DNA from: Planctomycetota bacterium
GTDB taxonomy: Bacteria > Planctomycetota > B15-G4
Length of the DNA stretch: 64,000 bases
Reading direction: 5' to 3'
NCBI GenBank assembly: GCA_029259715.1
Contig: JAJDEP010000003.1
Location: 301,370 to 365,369, forward strand
Positions 27,469-36,426 of the stretch are shown here, in pieces; positions within the stretch are counted from its first letter, which is position 1, and every line of letters begins with the position of its first letter. The position numbers were made by a program, and so were the translations under genes. The notes below the pieces were generated by a model. That model had not been told where the DNA came from, ran no database searches, and was given only the letters and a program-made list of their open reading frames with translations.

Positions 27469-28496
27469 AGCGCCCGCGGGAGGGTCGACGGCCGTTGCCC
27501 GCCGGAGAGCACGGCTACGTGATGCTGGCGGTGATCCTCATCAGCGCCCTCATCGTGAGCCTCACGCTGGGCTACTCGCGCCACGCCCTCATCGCCGTGG
27601 ACGCCACCGAAGCCGATCAAGCCCATCGGCTCGACCTCGACGCCGTCGGTTCGGGCCTGGCCCTCGCCGCGCGCAACATGCAGATCAGCGGCGCCCTGCC
27701 GGCCTCGCACCAGCTGCCGGACGGCAGCAACGTCAGCATCGACGTGAGCGCTGCGAGTGCCACCACGAAGACCATCAGCGTGACGACCGGCACGGCCGCG
27801 GCCCCGCGGGTCGTCAACGCCGTGGCCGAGGTCTACCCCGACCTGAGCGAATCGCCGCCGTTCCTCACCTTCAACGCCAAGCGTTCGGTGTGGGAGTTTC
27901 CCGGCCTGATCGACATCTCCTCCGACACGACCTACGAGGATGCCGACCTGACGGGCATCCTGCTGATCCGCAAGGGCAGGAAGCTCACGCTCGAGAACTG
28001 CATCGTGCGCGGATCCATCGTGAGCGAAAACGCTCTCTCGGACGAAGTCTGGGAAGACGACGAGACCACCGAGTTGGAGATCAAGGGCGGACTGATCATC
28101 GAGCCCGGCAGCACGCTGGCCGGCTGCGCGATCATCGCGCCGGACTGCGCGATCACGGCCGTCAAGGCAGCCGGCAACCGCGACCCGGCGCTGCAATTCC
28201 ACGGCGTCGTCGTGGCCGATTCGTTCGAACTCGAAGGCCACGCGGTCTTCCACGCGCAACTGGTCACCACCCAGGACCCGATCTTCGTGGGCCCGGTGGA
28301 CCGACCCGGCGCCCACCGGAAGCCCCGGGCCTGGCCCACCAGCCTCGACATCAACGGCCAACGCATCGGGCGCCTGGTGTTCCCGTTCGAACAGCCTGAC
28401 CAGGCCGCCCGCAACGCCATCCAGGGGTTCGACTGGTCGGCACACCCCGCGCCTCAGCGCCAACAGGCTCAGGGCCAGCAAGTTCAAGGAGGCTAG
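27465..28496 (+). CDS. PilX/GspK-like minor pilin with a predicted beta-solenoid region (cassette B)
   Basis: GTGA coupling; EHG|YVMLAVILIS (no E5); RKGRKLTLENCIVRGSIV; RPGAHRKPRAW. Confidence 0.72.
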   Translation: MKRPREGRRPLPAGEHGYVMLAVILISALIVSLTLGYSRHALIAVDATEADQAHRLDLDAVGSGLALAARNMQISGALPASHQLPDGSNVSIDVSAASATTKTISVTTGTAAAPRVVNAVAEVYPDLSESPPFLTFNAKRSVWEFPGLIDISSDTTYEDADLTGILLIRKGRKLTLENCIVRGSIVSENALSDEVWEDDETTELEIKGGLIIEPGSTLAGCAIIAPDCAITAVKAAGNRDPALQFHGVVVADSFELEGHAVFHAQLVTTQDPIFVGPVDRPGAHRKPRAWPTSLDINGQRIGRLVFPFEQPDQAARNAIQGFDWSAHPAPQRQQAQGQQVQGG

Positions 28497-28498
28497 AC

Positions 28499-28975
28499 GT
28501 GCGACACCGGGACGGCGGGTTCACATTGATCGAGTTGCTGGTGGTGGTCGCCATCATCGGCATGCTCGGGCTCGCGGCCGTGCCGGCGGCGGGGTCGGGC
28601 GCCGCCCAAAACCTCGACATCGTCGAGCTCCAGATGCGCGACGCCTTCAACCGCGCCATGGCCCTCGCGCGCAGCGGCCGGCAGACCCACGCCGTGGTCT
28701 TCGACCTGACCACCGATCGCTTCGCCGTGGTGGACAAGGACGGCAACGCCGTCATCGATCCCCTGACCAAGCGTGGCTACGTGGTGGCCTTCGACATCCC
28801 TGGCCAGCCTGCGGGCATCGACGTCGTCTCCGCCACCTTCGGGAGCAACGGGACGGCCGCCATCTTCGATGGCCAGGGGCTCCCGCTCGACAGCGGTTCG
28901 GTGACTCTGGACTGTCGCGGCTCGGTGCGGACGTTCGCCCTCAACAAGGCCACGGGCAAGCTGACGGCTCTCTAG
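28499..28975 (+). CDS. FimT/GspH-like minor pilin
   Basis: DGG|FTLIELLVVVAIIG; AMALARS; IFDGQG; paralog of 59521-60021. Confidence 0.82.
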   Translation: MRHRDGGFTLIELLVVVAIIGMLGLAAVPAAGSGAAQNLDIVELQMRDAFNRAMALARSGRQTHAVVFDLTTDRFAVVDKDGNAVIDPLTKRGYVVAFDIPGQPAGIDVVSATFGSNGTAAIFDGQGLPLDSGSVTLDCRGSVRTFALNKATGKLTAL

Positions 28976-29011
28976 GGGCCGCGGGCACTCGAGGGCCGCG
29001 GGCGCGAGGAT

Positions 29012-29039
29012 TCAAGTCGCCCCCCGGGGGGGCCGATGC
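29012..29039 (+). promoter_or_regulatory. Putative sigma28-like promoter
   Basis: TCAAG-N15-GCCGATGC upstream of cassette C. Confidence 0.62.
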
Positions 29040-29072
29040 CGGAACACTTCTTCCTCCCGCCCGACACACGCC

Positions 29073-30245
29073 ATGATGACGCACAACGATCCTCTCCCCT
29101 CCCGCCCGTCTTCCCGCCGCGCCGCCGCAGGCTTCACCCTCGCCGAGGTCCTGCTGGCCAGCATACTGGGCGCCATGCTGCTCACGGCGCTCACCTTCAG
29201 CACCATGGGCTTCGCCGACGTGCTCACCGACCTCGAAGCCAAGGCCGGCGTCACGAAGGAACTCGACCCGGTGCTGCGCTCCGTGACGCGGGATATCCGC
29301 GAGGCCCACTGGGCCGAGATCGTCGGCTCGTCGCGCATCAAGCTCGCCGACCACACCGGCGCCCTGACCGAGTACTACTGGGACGACCAGGACAAGTTGC
29401 TCCGCGTCCTGCGTCCGAACGGCGATGACGGCCCGGTCTTCGACGCGGCCGAAGCCGCCACCTTCACCGTCCAGTGGCTCGACCGCCATCGCGAGGGTTC
29501 GCCCGTCAACTGGGATGGCACCTGGTACGCCGCCTCGCTGCCCAGCAGCTTCGACATGGCCGTCGAGATCCCCAGCGGTGCTGAACTCGCCATGGGCTTC
29601 ATCGCCCCGGTCGACGACAGCCAGGCCATCGGCGCCGGCAGCAGCGGGGAGCGCTTCCTCGACGTGGGCCTGGGCGTCATGCGCATGCCGGTGGCCTGGG
29701 TCCCCGGATCCGGTGCCCACAACATGACGGTCACCATCTACGAGAGCTGGGCGCCCGGCTCGGCCAAGCCCCTCGACACGTCCCTCGGCTCCGTCACAGT
29801 CGCCGGCTCCGACCTGCCCGCCGCCGTGTGGGACGCTTCCGAGTCCGAGTGGTTGGAGCCCGACATGGTCTCCATCGGCCTGTCGACGCTCAGCCTGACC
29901 CTCGAGCCCGGCGCCAGCTACACGGCCGTCGTGTCCGCCGGCGGTGACGCCCAGCTCGTCGTCACGGCCCACCCGTTCATGAAGACCTATGCCCACGACG
30001 ACGTCGCCATCAAGCCGTTGAGTGGCGCCTTCGTCGACCAGCCCCTGATCGTGCCGCTGGAGATGTCGGGCAACAGCCAGATGTCCTCCACCAGCGTGAT
30101 CCCCGTCATCGAGCTGATCAGCATCAGCGTGACCCCCCTGAACCGGGCCAGCCAGACCCGCTCGGCCGCCCTGCTGAGCCAGGCCGTCTCGTCCGATCCC
30201 TGGCTGGGCGTCGTGCCCGGCGAGATCCTGGTCTCGACTCCCTGA
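29073..30245 (+). CDS. Large minor pilin, PilW/GspJ-like (cassette C)
   Basis: AAG|FTLAEVLLAS; VTRDIREAHWA; C-terminal DPWLGVVPGE. Confidence 0.8.
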   Translation: MMTHNDPLPSRPSSRRAAAGFTLAEVLLASILGAMLLTALTFSTMGFADVLTDLEAKAGVTKELDPVLRSVTRDIREAHWAEIVGSSRIKLADHTGALTEYYWDDQDKLLRVLRPNGDDGPVFDAAEAATFTVQWLDRHREGSPVNWDGTWYAASLPSSFDMAVEIPSGAELAMGFIAPVDDSQAIGAGSSGERFLDVGLGVMRMPVAWVPGSGAHNMTVTIYESWAPGSAKPLDTSLGSVTVAGSDLPAAVWDASESEWLEPDMVSIGLSTLSLTLEPGASYTAVVSAGGDAQLVVTAHPFMKTYAHDDVAIKPLSGAFVDQPLIVPLEMSGNSQMSSTSVIPVIELISISVTPLNRASQTRSAALLSQAVSSDPWLGVVPGEILVSTP

Positions 30246-30261
30246 CCGCGCTCACGTCGCC

Positions 30262-30786
30262 ATGACCAGGATGCCGATGAAGTTCAAGCAAACGTCCCCC
30301 GAGCCCACGCCCGTGCCCGTGCCCACCACGCCAAACCGATCGGGATTCACGCTGGTCGAGTTGCTGATCGTCGTGCTGATCCTCGGCATCCTGGCCGCCG
30401 TGGTGATCCCGCGCTTCAGCACGGTCTCGGCGGAAGCTCGCGAGTCCGCCGTCTACAACGACGTCCAGGCCCTGCGCAGCGCCATCGCGCTCTATCGGGT
30501 CCAGCACCTCGAGATCTACCCCGGCGTCTCGGGCTGGGACCAGTTCGTGACGCAACTCACGACCCAGACCGACGCCGCGGGTGCCTCGGGCACCAAGTAC
30601 GGGCCCTACGTAAGGCCGCCCTTCCCGACCAACGCCGTGAGCTCGCTCAACACGGGCAAGAACACGGTCACCATGCCCGGGTCGGCTGACGGCGGCACCG
30701 GCTGGATCTACAGCCCGACGAACGGCGAGCTGCGCATCAACACCGAGGGAGCGGGCCCGAGTGGCTCCGACTACTTCGACCTCTGA
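30262..30786 (+). CDS. Major pilin/pseudopilin 2
   Basis: RSG|FTLVELLIVVLILGILAAVVIPRF; KYGPYV; GWIYSPTNGELRIN; ends YFDL; start could be slightly downstream. Confidence 0.88.
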   Translation: MTRMPMKFKQTSPEPTPVPVPTTPNRSGFTLVELLIVVLILGILAAVVIPRFSTVSAEARESAVYNDVQALRSAIALYRVQHLEIYPGVSGWDQFVTQLTTQTDAAGASGTKYGPYVRPPFPTNAVSSLNTGKNTVTMPGSADGGTGWIYSPTNGELRINTEGAGPSGSDYFDL

Positions 30787-30837
30787 TCCGCCGGTTTCGC
30801 CGCAAATCCGAGGGGCAGGGCTCGGCCAGAAACCCGC

Positions 30838-30866
30838 TCAAGACCGGGCGACGCTCCCGCCGATGA
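30838..30866 (+). promoter_or_regulatory. Putative sigma28-like promoter
   Basis: TCAAG-N16-GCCGATGA upstream of the pilin at 30913. Confidence 0.6.
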
Positions 30867-30912
30867 GGCTTTCAGTCGTTCCTGCCCTGAGATTTGCTGG
30901 AGAACCCGACCG

Positions 30913-31389
30913 ATGACCACCCGCACTCGCCGTGGCTTCACCATCGTCGAGCTGCTGATCGTGATCGCGATCCTCGCATTGCTCGCGGCGGTGGCCGTCC
31001 CGCAGTTCTCCGATTCCGGCAACGAAGGCAAGACCGCCGCCATGGTCTCGAGCCTGTCCGTGATCCGCACGGCAGTCGACAGCTACTGGTCCCAACACGA
31101 CGCCTTCCCCGGCCAGACCGACGGCGAGCAGTTCGCGCGGCAACTGACCCTCACCACCAACAAGGCGGGCCAGGTCGGCGCGGGCATCGGCTACGGCTAC
31201 GGCCCCTACCTGCGCCGCGGCGTGCTGCCCTCCAATCCGTTCGTCGAACGCGACGACGTGCTCGTCGTGCACGGCATGCCGACCAAGGCCACGGGCACAG
31301 AGGCCTGGATCTACGACGCGTCCACCGGTGAGGTGCGGGCCAATGTCGACGGCGCCACGCCCGACGGCATCAAGCTGTTCGACCTCTGA
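30913..31389 (+). CDS. Major pilin/pseudopilin 3
   Basis: RRG|FTIVELLIVIAILALLAAVAVPQF; GYGPYL; AWIYDASTGEVRAN; ends LFDL. Confidence 0.88.
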   Translation: MTTRTRRGFTIVELLIVIAILALLAAVAVPQFSDSGNEGKTAAMVSSLSVIRTAVDSYWSQHDAFPGQTDGEQFARQLTLTTNKAGQVGAGIGYGYGPYLRRGVLPSNPFVERDDVLVVHGMPTKATGTEAWIYDASTGEVRANVDGATPDGIKLFDL

Positions 31390-31428
31390 CCGGACCGGTT
31401 CCCGGCGTCGCGACGCCGCGCTCGACCG

Positions 31429-33180
31429 TCACAGATTCACGTAGGCCGGCCCGCCGCCCTGGGGCACCACCCACTCGATGGCCTGGTACGGGTCCATGAT
31501 GTCGCAGGTCTTGCAGTGCACGCAGTTGCTGAAGTTGATCTGCAGCTTCACCGCATCACCGCCCGCGGCCTCGTCCTCCACCATCTCGTAGACCTTCGCC
31601 GGGCAGAAGTGCTGGCACGGGTTGCCGTACTCCTCCTTGCAGGTCGTCGCGCAGTGGTCCGGCGGCCGCGTGACCACCAGGTGCGAGGGTTGGTCCTCCT
31701 CGTGCTTGGTGCCCGAGTGGAAGACGTTGGTGAGCTTGTCGAAGGTCAGCACACCGTCGGGCTTGAAGGGCTCGGCGTGGCGCGGACGCTTGCGGCCCCG
31801 ACGCTGCATGCGCTCATGGCCGGCCACCGCCGGATAGCGGTCGCGCACACCCCTCCCGCCCGTGAGCATCTGCAGGCCGACGTGGAAGATGGCGCTCGGG
31901 CCGATGCCATGGTCGACCGCCTGGTGGAAGTTGCGGAAGCGCCAGAGCTCCTGCCCGAGCCATGACTCGCGCAGGGCCTGTTCGTAGCCGGCCAGCACCG
32001 TGCCGGTGGTGTCTTCGGCCACCAACGCCGCCAGGGCCGTCTCGGCCGCGAGCATGCCCGACTTCATGGCCGTGTGGACGCCCTTGAGCCGGGCCGTGTT
32101 GAGCGTGCCCAGGCTGTCGCCGGCGAGCAGGCAACCGTCGACCCAGGGCCGCGGCATCGACCACCAGCCGCCGGCGGGCAACGACTTCGCACCGTAGTTC
32201 ACCCGCGTGCCGCCCTTGAGGATCGCGCGCATGTACGGATGCGTCTTGAAGCGCTGGAACTCCTCGTGGATGTCGTAGGTCGGGTCCTCCGTGTCGAGGC
32301 CCACCACCAGTCCGAGGGTGATCAGGTCGCCGCCGATCCAGTAGGCGAAGCTGCCACCGAACACATCCCGCGCGAGGGGCCAGCCCGCCGTGTGCAGCAC
32401 GCGCCCGGCTTGCGCGCTCGCCCCGGGCACTTCCCAGGTCTCCTTCACGCCGGTCTCGTAGGTCTGCGGGTTGGGGCCGTGAGTCCCGAAGGTGTTGACC
32501 AGCTTCTTGGTCAGGTTGCCGCGGCTGCCGTCGCACAGCACCGTCACCTTGGCGCGGATGTCCATGCCCGGCTCGAAGTTGCTGCGCCGGCTGCCGTCGG
32601 CTGCGATGCCCTTGTCGACGGTGGTGACGCCGCAGACCCTGCCGTCCTCGATGATCAGCTCGGCGCCGGGGAATCCCGGGAACAGGTCGAGCCCGGCCGC
32701 CTCCGCCTTGCCTTCGAGCCAGCGCACGAAGCTGTTGAGCGAGCCGGTGACGAAGCCGGCGTTCTTCATCCAGGGCGGATGGGGCATCGACCAGGCCTTG
32801 CCCTTGGTGAAGAACTTCATCTCGTCGCTGGTGACGGGGACGAGCGGGGCGTCCTGTTCGCGCCAGTCGGGGATCAGCTCGTCGAGGCCGCGCGGATCGA
32901 TGACGGCGCCCGAGAGGATGTGGGCCCCCACCGCGTCGGACTTCTCGATGACGGCGACCATGGGCTCCTCGAGCACGCGCCCGCCCGTCTCCTGGGCGAG
33001 GGCGTTGTGCTCGGCGATGCGCCGCGCGAGGTGCATGGCACCGGCGAGTCCCGCCGGGCCGGCGCCCACGAAGAGGACATCAACGTCGAGCACGTCGCGC
33101 TCGATGGCGGGGGCCGAGTCGGCGCTGACCTCGGGGGCTGGCTCCTCGGGGGCTGGGTCCTCGGGGGCTGGGTCGGACAT
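31429..33180 (-). CDS. Electron transfer flavoprotein-ubiquinone oxidoreductase
   Basis: VGAGPAGLA, GAHILSGAVIDP, KGVHTAMKSGMLAAE, HEEDQPSHL, CPAKVYE, NCVHCKTCDIMDP. Confidence 0.95.
   Translation of the reverse strand: MSDPAPEDPAPEEPAPEVSADSAPAIERDVLDVDVLFVGAGPAGLAGAMHLARRIAEHNALAQETGGRVLEEPMVAVIEKSDAVGAHILSGAVIDPRGLDELIPDWREQDAPLVPVTSDEMKFFTKGKAWSMPHPPWMKNAGFVTGSLNSFVRWLEGKAEAAGLDLFPGFPGAELIIEDGRVCGVTTVDKGIAADGSRRSNFEPGMDIRAKVTVLCDGSRGNLTKKLVNTFGTHGPNPQTYETGVKETWEVPGASAQAGRVLHTAGWPLARDVFGGSFAYWIGGDLITLGLVVGLDTEDPTYDIHEEFQRFKTHPYMRAILKGGTRVNYGAKSLPAGGWWSMPRPWVDGCLLAGDSLGTLNTARLKGVHTAMKSGMLAAETALAALVAEDTTGTVLAGYEQALRESWLGQELWRFRNFHQAVDHGIGPSAIFHVGLQMLTGGRGVRDRYPAVAGHERMQRRGRKRPRHAEPFKPDGVLTFDKLTNVFHSGTKHEEDQPSHLVVTRPPDHCATTCKEEYGNPCQHFCPAKVYEMVEDEAAGGDAVKLQINFSNCVHCKTCDIMDPYQAIEWVVPQGGGPAYVNL
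33129..33173. repeat. 3 x 15-bp tandem repeat encoding (D/E)PAPE at the ETF-QO N-terminus
   Basis: CCTCGGGGGCTGG(C/G)T x3. Confidence 0.8.
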
Positions 33181-33282
33181 CGGACGGTCTCCTCCCGCGC
33201 GGCGCCGAGAGCGGCGCCCGTCACAACGGACCCCCGAGGATAGGCAGGAAGGGTCCCGGGGCAAGCCGGGGCCTGCCGGTCG

Positions 33283-34170
33283 TCAACCCGAGGAAACCTC
33301 GCGCCCCTCGGCGTACTCGACGGTCCGCACCAAGCGGCCCGACTCATCGAAGAAGCGCCAGGGCCCGTCGCGCCGGTCGTCCACGTAGGTCCCCTCCGAG
33401 CGCTTGCGGCCCGAGGCATCCCAGCTCACGTCGCGGCCGTGGCGCAAGCCGGCCCGGGACTCGGTCAGCGAGGCCTGTTGCCCGTTGGGGTGCCACAGGG
33501 TGATCGCGCCGAATTGCACGCCGTCGACGATGCTCACCTTCGATTGCATCGAGATCTGTCCGCCGGGCCGGTAGGCCGTCTCCAGCCAGCCGACCGGCTC
33601 GCCGGCGGCCATCCAATGGTGCTTGACCGACGTGAGCTGGCCCTGCTCGTCGTAGAAGCGCCACTCGCCGGTGGGACGCCCTGCTTCGTGATGCCCCTCC
33701 TGGGCCTTCTGGCCGTTGCGATGCCAGAGCGTCTCGGGGCCGTGCCGCTTGCCGTCCCGGAAGGCGGTCTCGCTGCGCGGCTGGCCGTCCTCGTAGTACT
33801 CGGTGCGCACGCCCTGCCGGTCGCTGCCCGTGATCGTCTCCGTGGTCGAGACGCCGCCGCCCTTGTGGTGCATGACGATGTCGCCGGCGGAGATGCCGTC
33901 GTCGAAGCGCCCCTCGAAGCGCAGCGATCCGTCGGTGTGGAAGCCGCGCACCACGCCGTGGCGCCGGCCGTCGCGGTAGGTGCCTTCCTCCTGCACCAGG
34001 CCGTCGGCCCAGTAGGTGCGGAAAGGACCGGTGTGCCCTTCGGGGACCCGTTGGGGGAACTCCTCGACGACGACGGGCTCCTCATCGGTGCTCGCGCACC
34101 CGACCAGCGTCCCCAGGATTCCGGCCATCGTCGCCATCACGAGCGCCCGGTGCAGACCACGGCCCATCAT
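33283..34170 (-). CDS. MORN-variant (YwqK-like) repeat lipoprotein
   Basis: Lipobox LVGC; repeated EG.Y.DG.RHG....(W/Y/F)...G units. Confidence 0.82.
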   Translation of the reverse strand: MMGRGLHRALVMATMAGILGTLVGCASTDEEPVVVEEFPQRVPEGHTGPFRTYWADGLVQEEGTYRDGRRHGVVRGFHTDGSLRFEGRFDDGISAGDIVMHHKGGGVSTTETITGSDRQGVRTEYYEDGQPRSETAFRDGKRHGPETLWHRNGQKAQEGHHEAGRPTGEWRFYDEQGQLTSVKHHWMAAGEPVGWLETAYRPGGQISMQSKVSIVDGVQFGAITLWHPNGQQASLTESRAGLRHGRDVSWDASGRKRSEGTYVDDRRDGPWRFFDESGRLVRTVEYAEGREVSSG

Positions 34171-34255
34171 CTCTCACGTCCTCCCCATGTCCGCGGCCAC
34201 TGCCGTGCGGTGCGCCTGCGCGTCCAGCGGCACTCGCGTCGGCACTCCCACGACT

Positions 34256-35665
34256 TCATCGATTCAGGTAGCCCAACTCCCGCAGGCGCGCTTCGACCTC
34301 CGGGTCGAGGTCGACATCCCACTCGGCCGTCCCGAGATTGTGCTGGCTCTCGAGCCACGCGTCCAAGCCCTGCGACAGCCGCTGCCGGTCCGCCGCCCGG
34401 CTCGCGGAGAGGTCGTTGACCTCGGCCGGGTCGGCCAGCAGATCGAAGAGCCACTCGCGCCCGTCAGGCTGGCGGCGGATGTACTTGAAGCGCCCGTCGA
34501 ACACCGTCACCTGCCGCTGCCCGCTCTTGCTCACCCGCGAGCCGCTGAAGATGGGCCGGGAGGACGACGCCTCTCCCCGCATGAGCCCCTCCAGCGACCG
34601 GCCCGGCAGCGGCGCCGGCGGCGGCGCCAGGCCCATCAGCCCGATCAGCGTGGGCAGGACGTCGATGCTCATGGCCGGCGCGTCCACCACCAGCCCCGGG
34701 GGCAGCGCCGGGTGCTGCAGCAGCAGCGGCACGTGCACGTACTCCTCGTAGCTCAGCCAGTTGTGGCCCAGCATGCCGTGTTGGCCCACGGCCTCGCCGT
34801 GGTCGGAGAGGATCACCACCAGCGTGCGTTGCCGGTCGAGACCGTCGAGCAGGCGCCCGACGGCCGCATCCACATGGCGGATGTTCGCGTGATACAGCGC
34901 GCGGTGATGGGCGAGGTCCGCTTCCGAGTAGGCCGCCGGGTCGCGGTTGAACGCCTCGACGCCCTCGTCGGTGCCGTCCAGCTCGCCGTACGCCTCGGGC
35001 GCCACCAGGCCGCGACGGTGCTCGGGCGCCGCATCGAAGGGCGTGTGCGGCCGACGGAAGTGGACGTAGGCGAACAGGGGCCGCTCGTCGCGCCGCTCGA
35101 GGTCCTCGAGCACGACACCGGCCAGCGACGGCCCGTCGGTGCGCACCTCCCGGAAGACCTCGAAGCCCTGCGACATGCCATAGGCCTTGCCCGTCCACGG
35201 ATTCTGCGTGAAGCAGCGCGTGTCGTAGCCCGCCGCGGCGAAGCGCTCGGCCATGGTCTCGGCCTGATCCCCCAACCGGACCTCGGCCACCCCCGCCGGC
35301 GGGCTGACCCCATGCGTCTCGGGGTACAGGCCGGTGAACAGGCTCACCGTCGACGGCAGGGTCCAGCTCGCCTGCGACCAGACATGCCGGAAGCGCACGC
35401 CCGACGCGGCGAAGCGGTCGAGGTGCGGCGAGACCCCGCGCGGTCCGCCGTAGCAACCCAGCTGATCCGCGTGGAGGGCATCGAGCAGGATGATCACGCA
35501 GTCCTGGCCGGCCAACGGGGCGTCCCCCGCAGCGAGGAAGCGCGCTGCGCCCTCGGCGGCGCCACTCCCCAGCGATGCGTCCTCGGAGGTCGCGGGTCCG
35601 CAGCCCGTCGAGGTCACGCACATCGCGCCGACCACCAGGATCAGCAGGGCCACGGCTCGCCTCAC
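34256..35665 (-). CDS. Sulfatase-like alkaline-phosphatase-superfamily hydrolase/transferase, possible lipoprotein
   Basis: IILLDALHAD, ASWTLPSTVSLFTGLYP, YVHFRRPHTPF, LSDHGE, HVPLL; C-terminal LRELGY. Confidence 0.85.
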   Translation of the reverse strand: MRRAVALLILVVGAMCVTSTGCGPATSEDASLGSGAAEGAARFLAAGDAPLAGQDCVIILLDALHADQLGCYGGPRGVSPHLDRFAASGVRFRHVWSQASWTLPSTVSLFTGLYPETHGVSPPAGVAEVRLGDQAETMAERFAAAGYDTRCFTQNPWTGKAYGMSQGFEVFREVRTDGPSLAGVVLEDLERRDERPLFAYVHFRRPHTPFDAAPEHRRGLVAPEAYGELDGTDEGVEAFNRDPAAYSEADLAHHRALYHANIRHVDAAVGRLLDGLDRQRTLVVILSDHGEAVGQHGMLGHNWLSYEEYVHVPLLLQHPALPPGLVVDAPAMSIDVLPTLIGLMGLAPPPAPLPGRSLEGLMRGEASSSRPIFSGSRVSKSGQRQVTVFDGRFKYIRRQPDGREWLFDLLADPAEVNDLSASRAADRQRLSQGLDAWLESQHNLGTAEWDVDLDPEVEARLRELGYLNR

Positions 35666-36426
35666 TCCGCATCCTCGAGGCGACCGTCGTGCATGTGCAG
35701 CGTGCGGTCGGCCCGTGCCGCCAGCAGGGGATCGTGCGTGACCACCACCAGGGCGGCACCGTGTCGGCGCGCCATGCCGAACAGCTGGCTCTCGATGATC
35801 TCGCCGGTCTGTTCGTCGAGGTTCCCGGTGGGCTCGTCACACAGCAGCAGGCTCGGGTGCCCCACCAGAGCCCGGGCGATGGCGATGCGCTGGCGCTCGC
35901 CCCCCGAGAGCTGCGAGGGACGGTGACGCAGCCGGTCGCCGAGACCCAACTCCACCAGCAGCTCCTCGGCGCGCCGACGGCAGTCGCGGCCCACCCGGCT
36001 CCAGTCCGCGATGCCGTGGCTGATCATCAGCGGCATGACTGCGTTCTCGAGGGCGTTCAGCTCACCGAACAGGTGATAGAACTGGAAAACGAATCCCACC
36101 TGCCGGTTGCGCAAGGCGGCGCGCTCGCCCACCGAGAGCCCCACCGTCTCGACGCCGCCGATGGAGAGCGCGCCCGTGTCGGGGCGGTCGAGCAGGCCGA
36201 GCATGTGCAGCAGCGTGGACTTGCCGGCGCCCGAGCGGCCCATCACGGCCACCGCCTCGCCAGCGCGCAGCTCGACGCTCACGCCCCGCACGACATCGAT
36301 GCTCTCGCTGCCCATGCGGTAGCGCTTGGCGATGTCGCGCGCGGCCAGGACCACGTCGCCGTAGCCCGCGTCCGGCGCCGCCGCGACGGGCACCCCCTCC
36401 GGCCGTTCCGTGGAGGCCTCACTCAT
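35662..36426 (-). CDS. lolD: Lipoprotein-releasing ABC transporter ATP-binding protein
   Basis: GRSGAGKST, GFVFQFYHL, LSGGERQRIAIARAL, CDEPTGNLD; follows lolC/E. Confidence 0.85.
   Translation of the reverse strand: MSEASTERPEGVPVAAAPDAGYGDVVLAARDIAKRYRMGSESIDVVRGVSVELRAGEAVAVMGRSGAGKSTLLHMLGLLDRPDTGALSIGGVETVGLSVGERAALRNRQVGFVFQFYHLFGELNALENAVMPLMISHGIADWSRVGRDCRRRAEELLVELGLGDRLRHRPSQLSGGERQRIAIARALVGHPSLLLCDEPTGNLDEQTGEIIESQLFGMARRHGAALVVVTHDPLLAARADRTLHMHDGRLEDAE

Noticed and set aside
21905-31389. Neisseria-style silent pilS cassettes or a shufflon
   Set aside because: All genes are full length with their own signal peptides and share one orientation. They are diverged at the DNA level, and no recombinase or repeated crossover sites were seen.
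20216-31428. Genomic island integrated at tRNA-Ala
   Set aside because: No integrase and no convincing duplicate of the tRNA 3' end. The only match is a 9-bp GCGTCCACC inside a pilin gene near 31318, which is expected by chance at this GC content.
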